Both the position numbers and the translations under genes were made by a program. 64,000 nucleotides of DNA. Source: an uncultured Rhodospirillaceae bacterium (GTDB lineage: Bacteria; Pseudomonadota; Alphaproteobacteria; Rhodospirillales; UBA2165). The notes beneath the pieces are model-generated. The model did not search any database and was not told the DNA's origin. It was given only the letters and a program-made list of their open reading frames with translations. Each line of letters starts with the position of its first letter. Position 1 is the first letter of the stretch. Positions 8,870 to 19,481 of this stretch are shown here, piece by piece. The DNA lies in the NCBI GenBank assembly GCA_964639965.1, contig CAZXGI010000001.1, positions 18,661 through 82,660 on the forward strand. The letters run 5' to 3'.

Positions 8870-10132
8870 ATGAGGCGTGTCGTGGTCACTGGAATAGGCC
8901 TCGTTACTCCGCTTGCCTGTGGAGTTGACTTGACATGGGATAGATTAATTAATGGTAAGACTGGTATTGGTCCAATACAGTCGTTTGATGCGTCCCAATT
9001 AACTTCTCAAATCGCGGGAGAGGTGCCAAAAGAAAAAAATCTTGAAGGCAGTTTCAATTATGATGATTTAATACCCAATAAACAAAAGCGTAGAATGGAT
9101 ACTTTCATTCAATATGGATTAGTGGCTGCTGATTTTGCTATAGCGGATTCAGGTTGGGCGCCAACAGATGATTGGGGACGAGAGAGAACAGGTGTTTTAA
9201 TTGGTTCTGGTATCGGGGGTTTACCCGAAATCGAGAGAGGTGCGTCATTAGTTAAAGAAGGGAACCATCGCCGTCTTAGCCCATTTTTTATTCCTGCTAG
9301 TTTGATTAATTTAGTATCGGGACACGTCTCTATTAAACATGGTTTTAAGGGACCTAATCACGCAGTCGTTACTGCTTGTTCTTCTGGCGCGCATGCTATC
9401 GGCGATGCTACTCGTATGATCATTTGGGAAGATGCCGAAGTCATGATAGCTGGAGGAACAGAATCTGCAATTTGTGAACTTGGGGTGCTTGGTTTTGCTC
9501 AGGCCAAGGCTCTTTCAACCGCCTTTAATGATACACCTGAAAAGGCCTCCCGACCATGGGATATACGTCGCGACGGTTTTGTAATTGGCGAGGGAGCAGG
9601 AATCGTCGTCCTTGAAGAGCTTGAACACGCCAAAAATCGCAATGCTAATATATATTCAGAAATTGTTGGTTATGGCTTGTCTGGTGATGCGTACCATATT
9701 ACTCGTCCAGCCGAAGATGGAAATGGAGCTTATAGGTCAATGGAGATGGCACTTAAACGAGCAAGGTTAAATCCTAATGATATTGATTATATAAATGCTC
9801 ACGGAACCTCGACTCCTTTGGGTGATATTATTGAAATCAATGCAGTAAAACGACTTTTTGGTAATTCAGCATATGATCTAGCCATGTCTTCAACAAAGTC
9901 TTCAACAGGACATTTATTGGGTGCCGCAGGCGCTGTTGAGGCAATTTTCTCGATTCTAGCGATTAATAACAATGTTATTCCGCCTACTTTAAATCTTGAT
10001 AATCCGTCAGATGGTTGCGACCTAAATTTGGTTCCACATGAGTATCAGGATCGTCTTGTTCGAAATGTATTATCTAACTCTTTTGGATTTGGTGGCACAA
10101 ATGCAAGCTTGATCATGTCTGAATTTTTGTAG
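8870..10132 (+). CDS. fabF: 3-oxoacyl-ACP synthase II
   Basis: Active-site ACSSGAHAIG, HGTSTPLGD and NSFGFGGTNASL motifs. Follows acpP. Confidence 0.95.
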   Translation: MRRVVVTGIGLVTPLACGVDLTWDRLINGKTGIGPIQSFDASQLTSQIAGEVPKEKNLEGSFNYDDLIPNKQKRRMDTFIQYGLVAADFAIADSGWAPTDDWGRERTGVLIGSGIGGLPEIERGASLVKEGNHRRLSPFFIPASLINLVSGHVSIKHGFKGPNHAVVTACSSGAHAIGDATRMIIWEDAEVMIAGGTESAICELGVLGFAQAKALSTAFNDTPEKASRPWDIRRDGFVIGEGAGIVVLEELEHAKNRNANIYSEIVGYGLSGDAYHITRPAEDGNGAYRSMEMALKRARLNPNDIDYINAHGTSTPLGDIIEINAVKRLFGNSAYDLAMSSTKSSTGHLLGAAGAVEAIFSILAINNNVIPPTLNLDNPSDGCDLNLVPHEYQDRLVRNVLSNSFGFGGTNASLIMSEFL

Positions 10133-10151
10133 GTTTTTTTGTGTAAGTGTT

Positions 10152-11111
10152 ATGCGTTGGTTAATTATCTTAATTATTTTCATGGTTTTGATATTCCTAG
10201 GTATAGGTTTTTGGGGCTATGGTCAGTTTACCCAGCCAGGACCCTTGACATCAGAAAAAACCATTATTGTTCCGCGAGGCGTTGGAATTGAGCGAATAGC
10301 CATTTTGCTCGGTCGCCATAATATTATTAAAATTCCTGTTATACTCAGTATTGCAGCCAGAACGATTGGTAAAAATAGAGTACTTCAAGCAGGCGAATTT
10401 TCTTTTTCAAAGCATATCAGCCCTCGTGGTGTTTTGAGTATCTTACAAAACGGCAAGCAGGTTGTCCGTCGTCTTACAATTGCTGAAGGTCTAACTAATA
10501 GAGAGATTCTTGAATTATTAAATGAGACTGATGGCTTGATTGGAAAAGGCATTATGCCTGAAGGTGAAGGCGAGCTTTTACCTGAGACTTATTATTTCTC
10601 TTATGGAGACTCTAGAAACACTTTAATAAAACGGATGAAGAACAAATTGAAAAAAGTACTGGCTGATTTATGGGAAAATCGCGCTTCTGATTTGCCAATA
10701 CGCAGTAGTAAGGAAGCTGTTATATTAGCGTCAATTATAGAAAAAGAGACAGGGCGCTCGGCCGAAAGGGCCCGCATAGCTGGCGTGTTTATAAACCGTT
10801 TACGCCTTAATATGAAGTTGCAATCAGATCCAACTGTGAGGTTTTCGATAACAAAGGGGCAAAGAAAATTGGGTCGCAAATTAAGTCTAGAAGATTTAAA
10901 AACGCCGAGCCCCTTTAATACATACTATATCAAAGGATTGCCACCAATGCCTATCACCAATCCTGGTCGGGCTTCAATAAAAGCAGTGATGAACCCAGCT
11001 AATACTGATGAACTATATTTCGTAGCTGATGGTACGGGTGGCCATGCTTTTTCAAAAAGTTTAAACGAACATAACCGAAACGTTGAAAAGTGGCGTCAAT
11101 TAATGAGATGA
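10152..11111 (+). CDS. mltG: endolytic murein transglycosylase MltG (YceG family)
   Basis: N-terminal TM helix, ASIIEKET catalytic-Glu region, and LQSDPTV...YNTY..GLPP.PI.NPG conserved C-terminus. fabF-mltG synteny is conserved. Confidence 0.9.
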   Translation: MRWLIILIIFMVLIFLGIGFWGYGQFTQPGPLTSEKTIIVPRGVGIERIAILLGRHNIIKIPVILSIAARTIGKNRVLQAGEFSFSKHISPRGVLSILQNGKQVVRRLTIAEGLTNREILELLNETDGLIGKGIMPEGEGELLPETYYFSYGDSRNTLIKRMKNKLKKVLADLWENRASDLPIRSSKEAVILASIIEKETGRSAERARIAGVFINRLRLNMKLQSDPTVRFSITKGQRKLGRKLSLEDLKTPSPFNTYYIKGLPPMPITNPGRASIKAVMNPANTDELYFVADGTGGHAFSKSLNEHNRNVEKWRQLMR

Positions 11112-11439
11112 ATTGATAAGTTTATGTTGGTTTGCTTAAAAGATCGACTGAAAAACTCACTGAAAATAAAATACAAGCCAAATACTACAAAAAAATTACT
11201 ACGGATAATAAAATTTCACGCCGGTTTCTTTTTATCTTTTTAGGCAAACCTCAAATGTACCTTTGTAAGCGTCAAAGAAGTTTTATCATTGGTTTCTTAT
11301 TTTTTACCCCTTAGACGCTTGTGTGTCCTGGGCCACGTTCATTAACATAGCATATATTTGCAATGTAATATCAGTAATAATGTGCTATTCAATGCATATG
11401 AGACAAAAGAGAAAAAAGGCTTTATCTCACATTGCTAGT

Positions 11440-12315
11440 ATGACGGGATTTGCTACAGACGTTGGGGGAGATAAGTCCTATAATTGGACTTGGGAAATTA
11501 AGAGTTTAAATGGAAAAGCATTGGACTTAAGGTGCCGTTTTCCTCACGGATATGAGAAATTAGAGACGATAGCAAGGTTAGCAGTTGGAAAGGCCTTTAA
11601 ACGCGGTAATTTCATTCTAAATCTCACTATTCAAGAAGTATCACATCAAAATCAATATAGGATAAATCATAATTTGCTGAATCAACTTATTGAAAAGACG
11701 AAAGAGCTGAAGTCCAGTATAGAGGGGTTTGAAAATCCGAGCCTTGATGGACTATTTGCTGTTCGCGGTGTAATTGAGCCTGTCGCGAAGAATGAAAATA
11801 GTAAGGGTCACTTGGAACGTGAAAAAGAAATATTGAGTAGCCTCGACCTAGCGCTTGATTCGTTAGTTCAAAATCGAATTGAAGAGGGCGCCCGAATTAG
11901 TGACGTGCTATCTGGGCAGTTGAAGCGAATAGATGGGCTTTGTCAAAGGGCTGAAAGAACTGCAGTGTTGCAGCCTGCTAAAATTAGAAAAAGGCTAAAA
12001 AAACAAATTGGAGATTTACTTGAGGCGGAGCCAAGAATACCGGATGGGCGATTGTTTCAAGAAGCAGCAATATTCATGATTAAAGCAGATGTTCGGGAGG
12101 AACTAGATAGACTAAAAGCACATGTTGAATCTGCTACAGTGCTGATGGAAAAAGGAGGTGTCATTGGTCGTAAACTTGATTTTTTATGTCAAGAATTTAA
12201 CCGAGAGGTAAATACGCTATGCTCGAAAGCTTCTGATATAAGATTGTCTAAAATAGGCCTTGAGTTAAAAGCTGTAATTGAACAATTTCGTGAACAGGTG
12301 CAAAATATTGAATAG
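11440..12315 (+). CDS. YicC-family stress-induced protein
   Basis: ORF 11323..12315. YicC proteins begin near SMTGF. Starting at ATG 11440 (MTGFATD...) gives ~291 aa, the usual size. The C-terminal DFLCQEFNREVNTLCSKA motif is YicC-typical. The upstream 39 codons look non-coding or hydrophobic. Confidence 0.8.
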   Translation: MTGFATDVGGDKSYNWTWEIKSLNGKALDLRCRFPHGYEKLETIARLAVGKAFKRGNFILNLTIQEVSHQNQYRINHNLLNQLIEKTKELKSSIEGFENPSLDGLFAVRGVIEPVAKNENSKGHLEREKEILSSLDLALDSLVQNRIEEGARISDVLSGQLKRIDGLCQRAERTAVLQPAKIRKRLKKQIGDLLEAEPRIPDGRLFQEAAIFMIKADVREELDRLKAHVESATVLMEKGGVIGRKLDFLCQEFNREVNTLCSKASDIRLSKIGLELKAVIEQFREQVQNIE

Positions 12316-12958
12316 GGATAATGTTTCTTTATCGCGGCGTGGTATAATGCTTGTTTTGTCTTCTCCTTCGGGAGCTGGTAAGACAACTATTTCGCGCAGG
12401 ATGTTGGAACGTGATAAAAAATTGACGATGTCTATTTCAGCCACAACTCGCCGAAAGCGTCCTGGTGAAGTGGAAGGAAAAGACTATTATTTTATTGACC
12501 AAAAAAAATTCAAATTGATGATTGAGCGTGGTCAATTACTAGAATATGCGAATGTTTTTGGTAATTTTTATGGTACACCCAGAAAACCGGTCGAAGATGC
12601 TTTGCTTAATGGGCAGGATATTCTGTTCGACATTGATTGGCAGGGTACTCAGCAGTTAGCGGATAATGAAAATACAAAAAAAGATTTAGTAAGTGTGTTT
12701 ATTTTACCTCCGAATACAATAGAGCTTGAAAATCGACTGCGGATGCGTGCTCAAGATCCCGATGAAATTGTACAGCAACGTATGGCTAAAGCTGCGGATG
12801 AAATGAGCCACTATCGGGAATATAAATACGTTATTATTAATGATGAAATTGAGGTAAGCGTTCTGTGTATAGAGAAAATTCTAGTTGCTGAGCGTATTTG
12901 CATTGAACGCCAAATTGGTTTGCATGAGTTTGTTCAGAATTTAAGATCTCAAAGCTAA
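12278..12958 (+). CDS. gmk: guanylate kinase
   Basis: P-loop SSPSGAGKTT, YYFI...F, and FDIDWQG motifs. The start is ambiguous. ATG 12278 overlaps the yicC-like gene by 38 nt. ATG 12347 (MLVLSSPSGAGK) would leave a very short first strand. Confidence 0.9.
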   Translation: MNNFVNRCKILNRDNVSLSRRGIMLVLSSPSGAGKTTISRRMLERDKKLTMSISATTRRKRPGEVEGKDYYFIDQKKFKLMIERGQLLEYANVFGNFYGTPRKPVEDALLNGQDILFDIDWQGTQQLADNENTKKDLVSVFILPPNTIELENRLRMRAQDPDEIVQQRMAKAADEMSHYREYKYVIINDEIEVSVLCIEKILVAERICIERQIGLHEFVQNLRSQS

Positions 12959-12971
12959 GTTAGCTTAAAAC

Positions 12972-13775
12972 TCATTGATTGATGAATTGGGATAGTAGGC
13001 AAAATTCCTCAATCGATAAGTTTTCAGCCCGCGCCCTAGGATCGATCCCGAGCCCAGCAATATCTATATCCATTGATTTCAACGAAGAACGTAGCATCTT
13101 TCTTCGGTGGCCAAATGCAACAGCGGTTAATTTTTCCAAGTTTTCAAATTTTGCCGGGTAAAGTCGGTTTTCTCGAGGCTTTAAAGTAACTAGGCTAGAG
13201 TTGACTTTAGGGGGCGGAGTGAAGGCTCGTTTGTCTATGTGGAACTCCAATTTTGATTCGCAAAGCCACTGAGTAATAACACTGATTCTACCATAGGCTT
13301 TACTTGATGGCTGTGCAATTATTCTATCTGCGACTTCTCGTTGAAACATTAAAGTCATTTGTTCTATATTTTCAACTTGCCGCAACCAATTTATCAAAAG
13401 TGTTGTCGAGATATTATATGGAAGGTTTGCAATCACCCGGCGAGGTGACTTTCCAATGCTTGAAATACTAAGCTTAAGTGCGTCGTCTATTATGATTGTC
13501 AATTTGTCGGTATTAAGCTGATATAATTCCTCTAAACCTCCCAAAAACCTCTCGTCGCGTTCTATTATGTAAAGGTGTTTGGGCTTGTGCTTCAGTATTG
13601 ATCTTGTTAGCACACCATGACCAGGTCCAATTTCGATTATCGTATGGTCTGAGAGATTCGAGAGGGGATCAATTGCCGCCTTTGCGATTTTGTCGGTTAA
13701 ATTTTGATCAAGTAGGAAGTGTTGGCCAAGAGATTTCTTCGCATTTAAATTGAGAGTTTTACGGGTATCTTTCAT
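12972..13775 (-). CDS. rsmA: 16S rRNA (adenine1518/1519-N6)-dimethyltransferase
   Basis: KKSLGQHFL, EIGPGHGVLT (SAM) and ANLPYNIST motifs. Lies downstream of pdxA as in many proteobacteria. Confidence 0.95.
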   Translation of the reverse strand: MKDTRKTLNLNAKKSLGQHFLLDQNLTDKIAKAAIDPLSNLSDHTIIEIGPGHGVLTRSILKHKPKHLYIIERDERFLGGLEELYQLNTDKLTIIIDDALKLSISSIGKSPRRVIANLPYNISTTLLINWLRQVENIEQMTLMFQREVADRIIAQPSSKAYGRISVITQWLCESKLEFHIDKRAFTPPPKVNSSLVTLKPRENRLYPAKFENLEKLTAVAFGHRRKMLRSSLKSMDIDIAGLGIDPRARAENLSIEEFCLLSQFINQ

Positions 13776-13801
13776 AGTTGTTGTGTCTTAGTACCTAGGC
13801 A

Positions 13802-14827
13802 TTATTCAGAATTGGCGTTTACTTTATTGGCTCTATTACTAGCCATTTTATCCGCAATTTTGATAGCAGAAACTAAGCTTTGTTCATTTGCATAACCCTT
13901 ACCTGCGATATCAAGTGCGGTTCCGTGATCCGGCGATGTCCGAATGAAAGGTAGGCCCAGAGTCACGTTCACAGCTGTTTCGAAATCTAAGGTCTTTATT
14001 GGTATAAGAGCTTGATCATGGTACATGCATAACACAACATCATAATTTAGCCGGGCTTGTTGGTGAAACAATGAATCGGGCGGTTTCGGGCCGGTCACTA
14101 ATAAGCCTTTGGCTTTCAGTATCTGGATAGCTGGTTCAATATGAATTTTCTCTTCGCTACCCATTAATCCATCCTCACCTGCGTGAGGGTTGAGCGCGGC
14201 GATTGCTATCCTTGGATTTGGAATACCAAAATCGCGTCGCAATGCATTATCAGCAATAATTGCTGTTTCAACTATCAATGCTGAAGTCAATTTATTTATT
14301 GCTGTCTGCAAGCTAACATGTCGTGTCACTGGAATTACCCGCAAGTGTTCAGAAACCAACATCATTACAGGTTCCGTATCAATATTGGCTAGAGTAGCTA
14401 AATATTCGGTATGTCCAGGATGAGAGAAGCCAGATTGGTTAAGAACACTCTTGTGAATAGGGTTTGTTACTATGGCTTTTGCTCGATCGGTTTGAACCAA
14501 TTTAACAGCTTGTTTAATAGCTGATATTACTGCCGGGTTATTTAATGTATTTAATTGCCCGGGGACGATGTTGCCTGGTATACCAAGAGGTAAGACTGGA
14601 AGGGACTTGTTAAATATTCCTATTGTTTCTTCTATTTCTGAAATTTCAGTTATCGTGACATTTAAATCCAGTAAAGTACTAATTTTTTTTAGCCTAGTTG
14701 GAGAATCAATAATACAAAACGGCGAGAGTTTCTCATGCCCTGAAAGCCATGCTTTTATAGCAATTTCACCCCCTATACCACTTGGCTCTCCCATGGTTAA
14801 AATTGTGGGTAGGTTTGATTTTATCAT
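13802..14827 (-). CDS. pdxA: 4-hydroxythreonine-4-phosphate dehydrogenase
   Basis: GEPSGIGGEI, HPGHTEYLA and RTSPDHGTALDIAGKG motifs. 4-nt overlap with the surA stop. Confidence 0.95.
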   Translation of the reverse strand: MIKSNLPTILTMGEPSGIGGEIAIKAWLSGHEKLSPFCIIDSPTRLKKISTLLDLNVTITEISEIEETIGIFNKSLPVLPLGIPGNIVPGQLNTLNNPAVISAIKQAVKLVQTDRAKAIVTNPIHKSVLNQSGFSHPGHTEYLATLANIDTEPVMMLVSEHLRVIPVTRHVSLQTAINKLTSALIVETAIIADNALRRDFGIPNPRIAIAALNPHAGEDGLMGSEEKIHIEPAIQILKAKGLLVTGPKPPDSLFHQQARLNYDVVLCMYHDQALIPIKTLDFETAVNVTLGLPFIRTSPDHGTALDIAGKGYANEQSLVSAIKIADKMASNRANKVNANSE

Positions 14828-16095
14828 CGTCTGATATTCAAAAACGCGGCGCGTCTAATATTTCGCAACATACTACGATCTGTTATAATTGCTTGTTGCT
14901 GAAGTAGCATATTCTTTATTTTAGTTCTTATATTTTTTTTGGAAGTGCTAGCACTTCTTTTACAGACCATAACTATTAGAAATCCGGTTCGCATTCTAAT
15001 TGGTCGGCTAGCCTTTGATAAATCGATATTTTGGACAATCGTTTTAATATTATTTGGTAGCTGCGAGATATCGTCAACCTCAAGTCTGCCGGACTGCCGA
15101 GATCCAACTTCCTGACCTTTTAGGTTCAACGATGAACAATTTTTGGTATTTGAAGAAATTCTGTTTGCTCTATTTGCAGCAGACTCAACCTCTTTTCGTG
15201 ATGGATTAATTCTAAGTGGTAGAAATAATTGTTGAAGGGTAATTCGTGCCTTCTCGATTGTGACCCCTCGCGATGTGCGCTTATCTAAAAGCTTTAAAAT
15301 ATAGTAACCATCGTCACCTTCTAGTGGCACCGAAGTAGTATTTATTTTCATTTTGGATATTATTCCAGAAAAATTTTGCTGAATTTGATCACTTCGTATC
15401 CATCCTAAGTTACCTCCTCGAGCAGCCGTTGCGCTTTGTGAGAACGCTCGAGCCAGTGCCGCAAAGTTTGCTCCGCGTTGAATTTGAGAATACATACGCA
15501 TAGCAATTTGATTAGTTTTCTTGGCAGACTTATTATAATAAAATGGTATAAAAATTTCGGAAACATTGTATTCTGGTTTTCCTTTATTTAATTCAATTTC
15601 AGCAATAGCGTTGTCGATGTCTTCTTCGCTGATTTTCTTAGTTGAAAGAACCTTTCTAACAACCGCTTTATTCCATGCTGTTTGCGCTTCAACTTGGTGT
15701 TCAAACGTTCGAAAATTGATGCTGCGTTTTTCCAGTAATTCTCTCATTTTTCCTTTAGAGAGGCCATTAGTTTTCTCTATCTTGACTATGGCGGCCGTTA
15801 ATTCGGCCTGGCTAACCTTTATACCTAATCTTTTGGCTTCTTGCAGTTTGAGTTTATCGTTTATTAATCCTCGTAAAATTTGTGCAGAAATTCGTTTAGC
15901 AGTATTTTCGTTATTAGGAAGACCCGAGGTGAGTATGACAAGTTTAATACGGTCAGAAAAATCGAACTGTGAAATGATATCGTCATTAACTACTGCAATG
16001 ATGCCTTGACGTGTAGTACTGTAGGATTGAGCTGAGCCAGCCAACGGTGGCACGATTAGGGTTAAATATATTGATATTACTATAAGAAAACGCAT
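14824..16095 (-). CDS. surA: periplasmic chaperone / peptidyl-prolyl isomerase SurA
   Basis: ORF 14824..16155. A signal peptide (MRFLIVISIYLTLIVPPLAGSAQS) begins at ATG 16095. SurA N-domain (IIAVVNDDIISQFD) and a parvulin-like region are present. Positioned between lptD and pdxA. Confidence 0.85.
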   Translation of the reverse strand: MRFLIVISIYLTLIVPPLAGSAQSYSTTRQGIIAVVNDDIISQFDFSDRIKLVILTSGLPNNENTAKRISAQILRGLINDKLKLQEAKRLGIKVSQAELTAAIVKIEKTNGLSKGKMRELLEKRSINFRTFEHQVEAQTAWNKAVVRKVLSTKKISEEDIDNAIAEIELNKGKPEYNVSEIFIPFYYNKSAKKTNQIAMRMYSQIQRGANFAALARAFSQSATAARGGNLGWIRSDQIQQNFSGIISKMKINTTSVPLEGDDGYYILKLLDKRTSRGVTIEKARITLQQLFLPLRINPSRKEVESAANRANRISSNTKNCSSLNLKGQEVGSRQSGRLEVDDISQLPNNIKTIVQNIDLSKASRPIRMRTGFLIVMVCKRSASTSKKNIRTKIKNMLLQQQAIITDRSMLRNIRRAAFLNIRR

Positions 16096-16192
16096 ATTTG
16101 AGCGAATTAGTTTTATTGAATATTTACTTAATTTTTCGTAAATTTCTCTAGTCATAATAAATGGTTATGCCATAATAATGTATGGGGGTTAA

Positions 16193-18376
16193 TTAGTTAA
16201 TGCCAGTGTTTGTGATACTAGACTGAATATCACCTAAAGTTTTGAAGCTGAGTTTAAACATTATACTATCGCTCGGGCGCAAATCGCGGTCTTGGTAGAA
16301 TTGCCTGTTTATGCTGGTGCTAAGCGTAAAGCATTCACATTCATAAGTTAAATTCAAACTTAGATTCCGTAAATCCCCATTACCTTGTAAATCGTAACGG
16401 CTCGAGATATTTGATTTCCAAAATCGATTTAGTTTAGCTGAAATAGTACTCGAAATTTCTTCACGCCCCGAAAATTCGCCATCACTTTGTGGTTCGAAGA
16501 AAATATAATTGGAAGAGAATACAAGTGCTGGTGGGCCGGCATTGATTTGTAATTCGTTACGTTTAAATGAAAAATTATCCTTATCAAGCCGCGAACGGTA
16601 GGTTAGATTAAGGTGTTTACTTGGTGATACATTTACCCGTCCTACAAAGTCCGATAGCAGACCTTCTAAGCCAGATCCTGTTGCAAAAGTAGTGTCTTCT
16701 TTGGGGCGGTAGCGTTGCCCTATAAAAACCGTTGTATAACCGCCTTTTGAACCAACGAGACCCAATTTTAGCCCATATTTTAGGCGGGGACCCCCTTCCA
16801 CTCTGTCGTATCCGGTAAAAATACTGTCGCTAAATAAATTTGTATCATCAAACTCCAAGTTAATGCTGTCTTCATTAGGTATTTTTTGCGAGTTTCCCCC
16901 ATATGGACTAACGATAAAGGAAGCTATGGGTTCAATGGTTTGACTAATTTTCCCATGTTGGCGAGCTAGAGGGTATCGCCAATTTGCTTTCAATTGTGGA
17001 CGGAAGCGACCAGAAAAACCGCTGTATTTTCTATTCCCTTGAGCTAGATTTAGGTCATTAACGTGGTATAAGTCACCTCTTGAAGAAATTGAAAGTTTTG
17101 TGATGTCACCTCCCCGTCCTATCAGGGGTAAGTGCCAGCCTCCACTTACAGAAATGCGACGTGTATCGTTCCCATCTTTTCGCGTCATTGCAATTGAGCT
17201 AACATTAAGGCTCGTATTTGATCCAGATTCTCCGATTGCGCTTTGGTAATCATATATTATCCGAGGTAAAATCAAAGGCGTTTTGCCTGGATTATCTTCA
17301 ATTGAAGTGCCTTGAAAAGAGTAAGCCTCTAATGTTAAATAATTTCGGCGACTAAAACCCTCTGCGTAAGTTTTTGTCGTTAGAGTACGGGAGGACGGAA
17401 AACCATATCGTCGCAGATGGGTATCATCTGTTGACCTATGTATATTAAATCCCCATCGCCACCTTTCATCTATATCAAATTTTGCCGTACTTTTAATATG
17501 CCCCCCTAAATCATCACTTTTGTTATATGCAAGGCTTCCCCCAAAGTCGAGTTTGCCATTTTTGTATAGTTCGCGGTAGATTCCAGATACAAGATACTTA
17601 TCATTTGTTGAAATAGTCGGTGAGACAGTCAAATCTTTACTCGGCGAAATCGCATAAAAGTATGGTGTAGTAAAAGTAGTACCTAAATATGTTGAACCTC
17701 CTGTACTTGGTGCTAAAAATCCAGATTTTCTTTTGACGGTTGGATCTGGGTGTTGGAAATAGGGCGTATACATGACAGGTATCCCGGCCATTTCCATCCA
17801 AACATCGTAATATTCAAGCTCTTGTTCTTTTTGGTTATGTATAATTTTTTTGGCCTTTAGTTGCCATAATGGTGGATCGTCTGTCATTTTGGCACAGGTG
17901 TTACAAGGTGAATAAATACCGTTTCTTAACTTTGTGCGGTTTCCGTCATTTCGTTGCGCGTCATTAGCTACGATTCTGGCATTGTCCGACAAGCGGATTT
18001 TAATATTCTCAACGAACGCAGTTTTAAAATCGCCACTAAGTTCCATATACTCCGAAAATAGAACGGTTCCATCAGGTTCTAGGAGGCTTACATTTCCTGA
18101 TGCCGTAACCATATCTTGGTGCTGGTTGTAAGAAATATTATCGGCTAATAAAACATTTTTATTATTAAATATTTCAACGCTTCCTGATGCTTTTATTATG
18201 CCAAGCTCCTTGTTATGGAAAACTTCATCTGCGGTAAAGGTTATAGGTTTATCCGAAACGTTGATGTTATTTTGTGCAAGGCATAGATTAATCGGATCAC
18301 TAATCATGATTAGTGAAAAGATCAGAAATCGAGAAACATAAGAACGCCAAAAAAGATTTGTGATTTTTCTTAACAT
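16193..18376 (-). CDS. lptD: LPS-assembly outer-membrane protein LptD
   Basis: ORF 16193..18412. OstA-like N-domain (FTADEVFHNKELGIIKASGSVEI...ADNISYN), then a long beta-barrel with alternating aromatic residues. ATG 18376 (MLRKITNLF...) lies just after the lptG stop. Confidence 0.9.
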   Translation of the reverse strand: MLRKITNLFWRSYVSRFLIFSLIMISDPINLCLAQNNINVSDKPITFTADEVFHNKELGIIKASGSVEIFNNKNVLLADNISYNQHQDMVTASGNVSLLEPDGTVLFSEYMELSGDFKTAFVENIKIRLSDNARIVANDAQRNDGNRTKLRNGIYSPCNTCAKMTDDPPLWQLKAKKIIHNQKEQELEYYDVWMEMAGIPVMYTPYFQHPDPTVKRKSGFLAPSTGGSTYLGTTFTTPYFYAISPSKDLTVSPTISTNDKYLVSGIYRELYKNGKLDFGGSLAYNKSDDLGGHIKSTAKFDIDERWRWGFNIHRSTDDTHLRRYGFPSSRTLTTKTYAEGFSRRNYLTLEAYSFQGTSIEDNPGKTPLILPRIIYDYQSAIGESGSNTSLNVSSIAMTRKDGNDTRRISVSGGWHLPLIGRGGDITKLSISSRGDLYHVNDLNLAQGNRKYSGFSGRFRPQLKANWRYPLARQHGKISQTIEPIASFIVSPYGGNSQKIPNEDSINLEFDDTNLFSDSIFTGYDRVEGGPRLKYGLKLGLVGSKGGYTTVFIGQRYRPKEDTTFATGSGLEGLLSDFVGRVNVSPSKHLNLTYRSRLDKDNFSFKRNELQINAGPPALVFSSNYIFFEPQSDGEFSGREEISSTISAKLNRFWKSNISSRYDLQGNGDLRNLSLNLTYECECFTLSTSINRQFYQDRDLRPSDSIMFKLSFKTLGDIQSSITNTGIN

Positions 18377-18380
18377 GGTT

Positions 18381-19481
18381 TTAGCCGTCTTCCAGATGAA
18401 AAACCATTGCAAGGCCCAGAAGTAGTGAAATTCCCGATGGTGTCCAAGCAGCTAGAATAACAGGGATATTCTCCCGTAATCCTAGAGCAAAAACTACATC
18501 CGAGAGAAAAAATAGAATAAATCCAGTCAAAATGCCACCAATTATGACGTAAGATCCGCTGCTACGGCGTGATTGTCTAAGTGTAAACGTTGCAGCAATT
18601 AAAACCATTGCGCATAGTAACAGAGGTGCTGATAACAATGAATGCCAATAAAGCCGATGGCGTGTAGCTGAAAACCCGGATCTTTCCATATTACTTATAA
18701 AGGCTGGAAGATTCCAAAATGACATTGTCTCTGGAGGCGAGAAACTTTCATGGATTTTGTTCAATGTTATGTCCGTTTCAATCCGATATTTTTTTATAAA
18801 CATTGGTCTTTTTTCTTTTATGTTGATTGTGGCATTTTCAAGGAGCCAGAAACCCTTGTTAAGGCTACCTTTTTCGGCATCAATTCGTGATGCAAATTTA
18901 TCAGCACCTTCATATATGAAAATTGATACACGCGATAGGGAGATTTTATTATTAATTATTGTCATTTTAGGTGCATGGATAACTGACTGGTTCTTACCAC
19001 TAGATTGTCGCAGCCACAGCCCGTTCTTTGACACTGCTAGCAAGTTAGATTGTCCTTGAAAATGTATTGCATTCATGCGGTCGTATTTTGCTAACATTGC
19101 AGAGGCTAGTGGGTTGAACGCTGTAATTTTGAGAACACCTAGGAGAAAAGCAATAAAGATCATTGGCGTTAAAAATTGCCAGGCTGATACACCTGCTGAC
19201 CGCGTAACTGCTAGCTCACTGCTGCGGGTTAGCTGCCAGAACGATGCCATGCCACCAAATAAAACCGCAAAAGGGAAGATTTTTTGTGCCATAAAAGGAA
19301 GCTTCATAAGGCCCATTCTTATTACTAAACCAAGACCTACGTTATTATTATTTGATGCTCTGCGGAGTAATTCAACGATATCAATAAGAAAAATAATTGT
19401 AAGAAAGATAACAAAAATAATCAAAAAGTTGCGCGAAAAACTTTTCCCAATATAACCTGATAGTATTATAGATAAGCGCAT
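18381..19481 (-). CDS. lptG: LPS export ABC permease LptG
   Basis: 366 aa of the YjgP/YjgQ family: 3 TM segments, a periplasmic beta-jellyroll, then 3 more TM segments. Directly abuts lptF. Confidence 0.9.
   Translation of the reverse strand: MRLSIILSGYIGKSFSRNFLIIFVIFLTIIFLIDIVELLRRASNNNNVGLGLVIRMGLMKLPFMAQKIFPFAVLFGGMASFWQLTRSSELAVTRSAGVSAWQFLTPMIFIAFLLGVLKITAFNPLASAMLAKYDRMNAIHFQGQSNLLAVSKNGLWLRQSSGKNQSVIHAPKMTIINNKISLSRVSIFIYEGADKFASRIDAEKGSLNKGFWLLENATINIKEKRPMFIKKYRIETDITLNKIHESFSPPETMSFWNLPAFISNMERSGFSATRHRLYWHSLLSAPLLLCAMVLIAATFTLRQSRRSSGSYVIIGGILTGFILFFLSDVVFALGLRENIPVILAAWTPSGISLLLGLAMVFHLEDG

Noticed and set aside
11132-11314. 60-aa ORF, and the long N-terminal extension of the yicC-like ORF, in the 330-nt mltG-yicC spacer
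   Set aside because: Lys-rich or hydrophobic junk-like translation. YicC proteins start near SMTGF. No structure or motif suggested an ncRNA, though one cannot be excluded.
12952-12966. aagcta-agt-tagctt hairpin between the converging gmk and rsmA genes as a bidirectional terminator
   Set aside because: A 6-bp A/T-rich stem with a 3-nt loop, overlapping the gmk stop, and without a proper T-run on either strand. Too weak.
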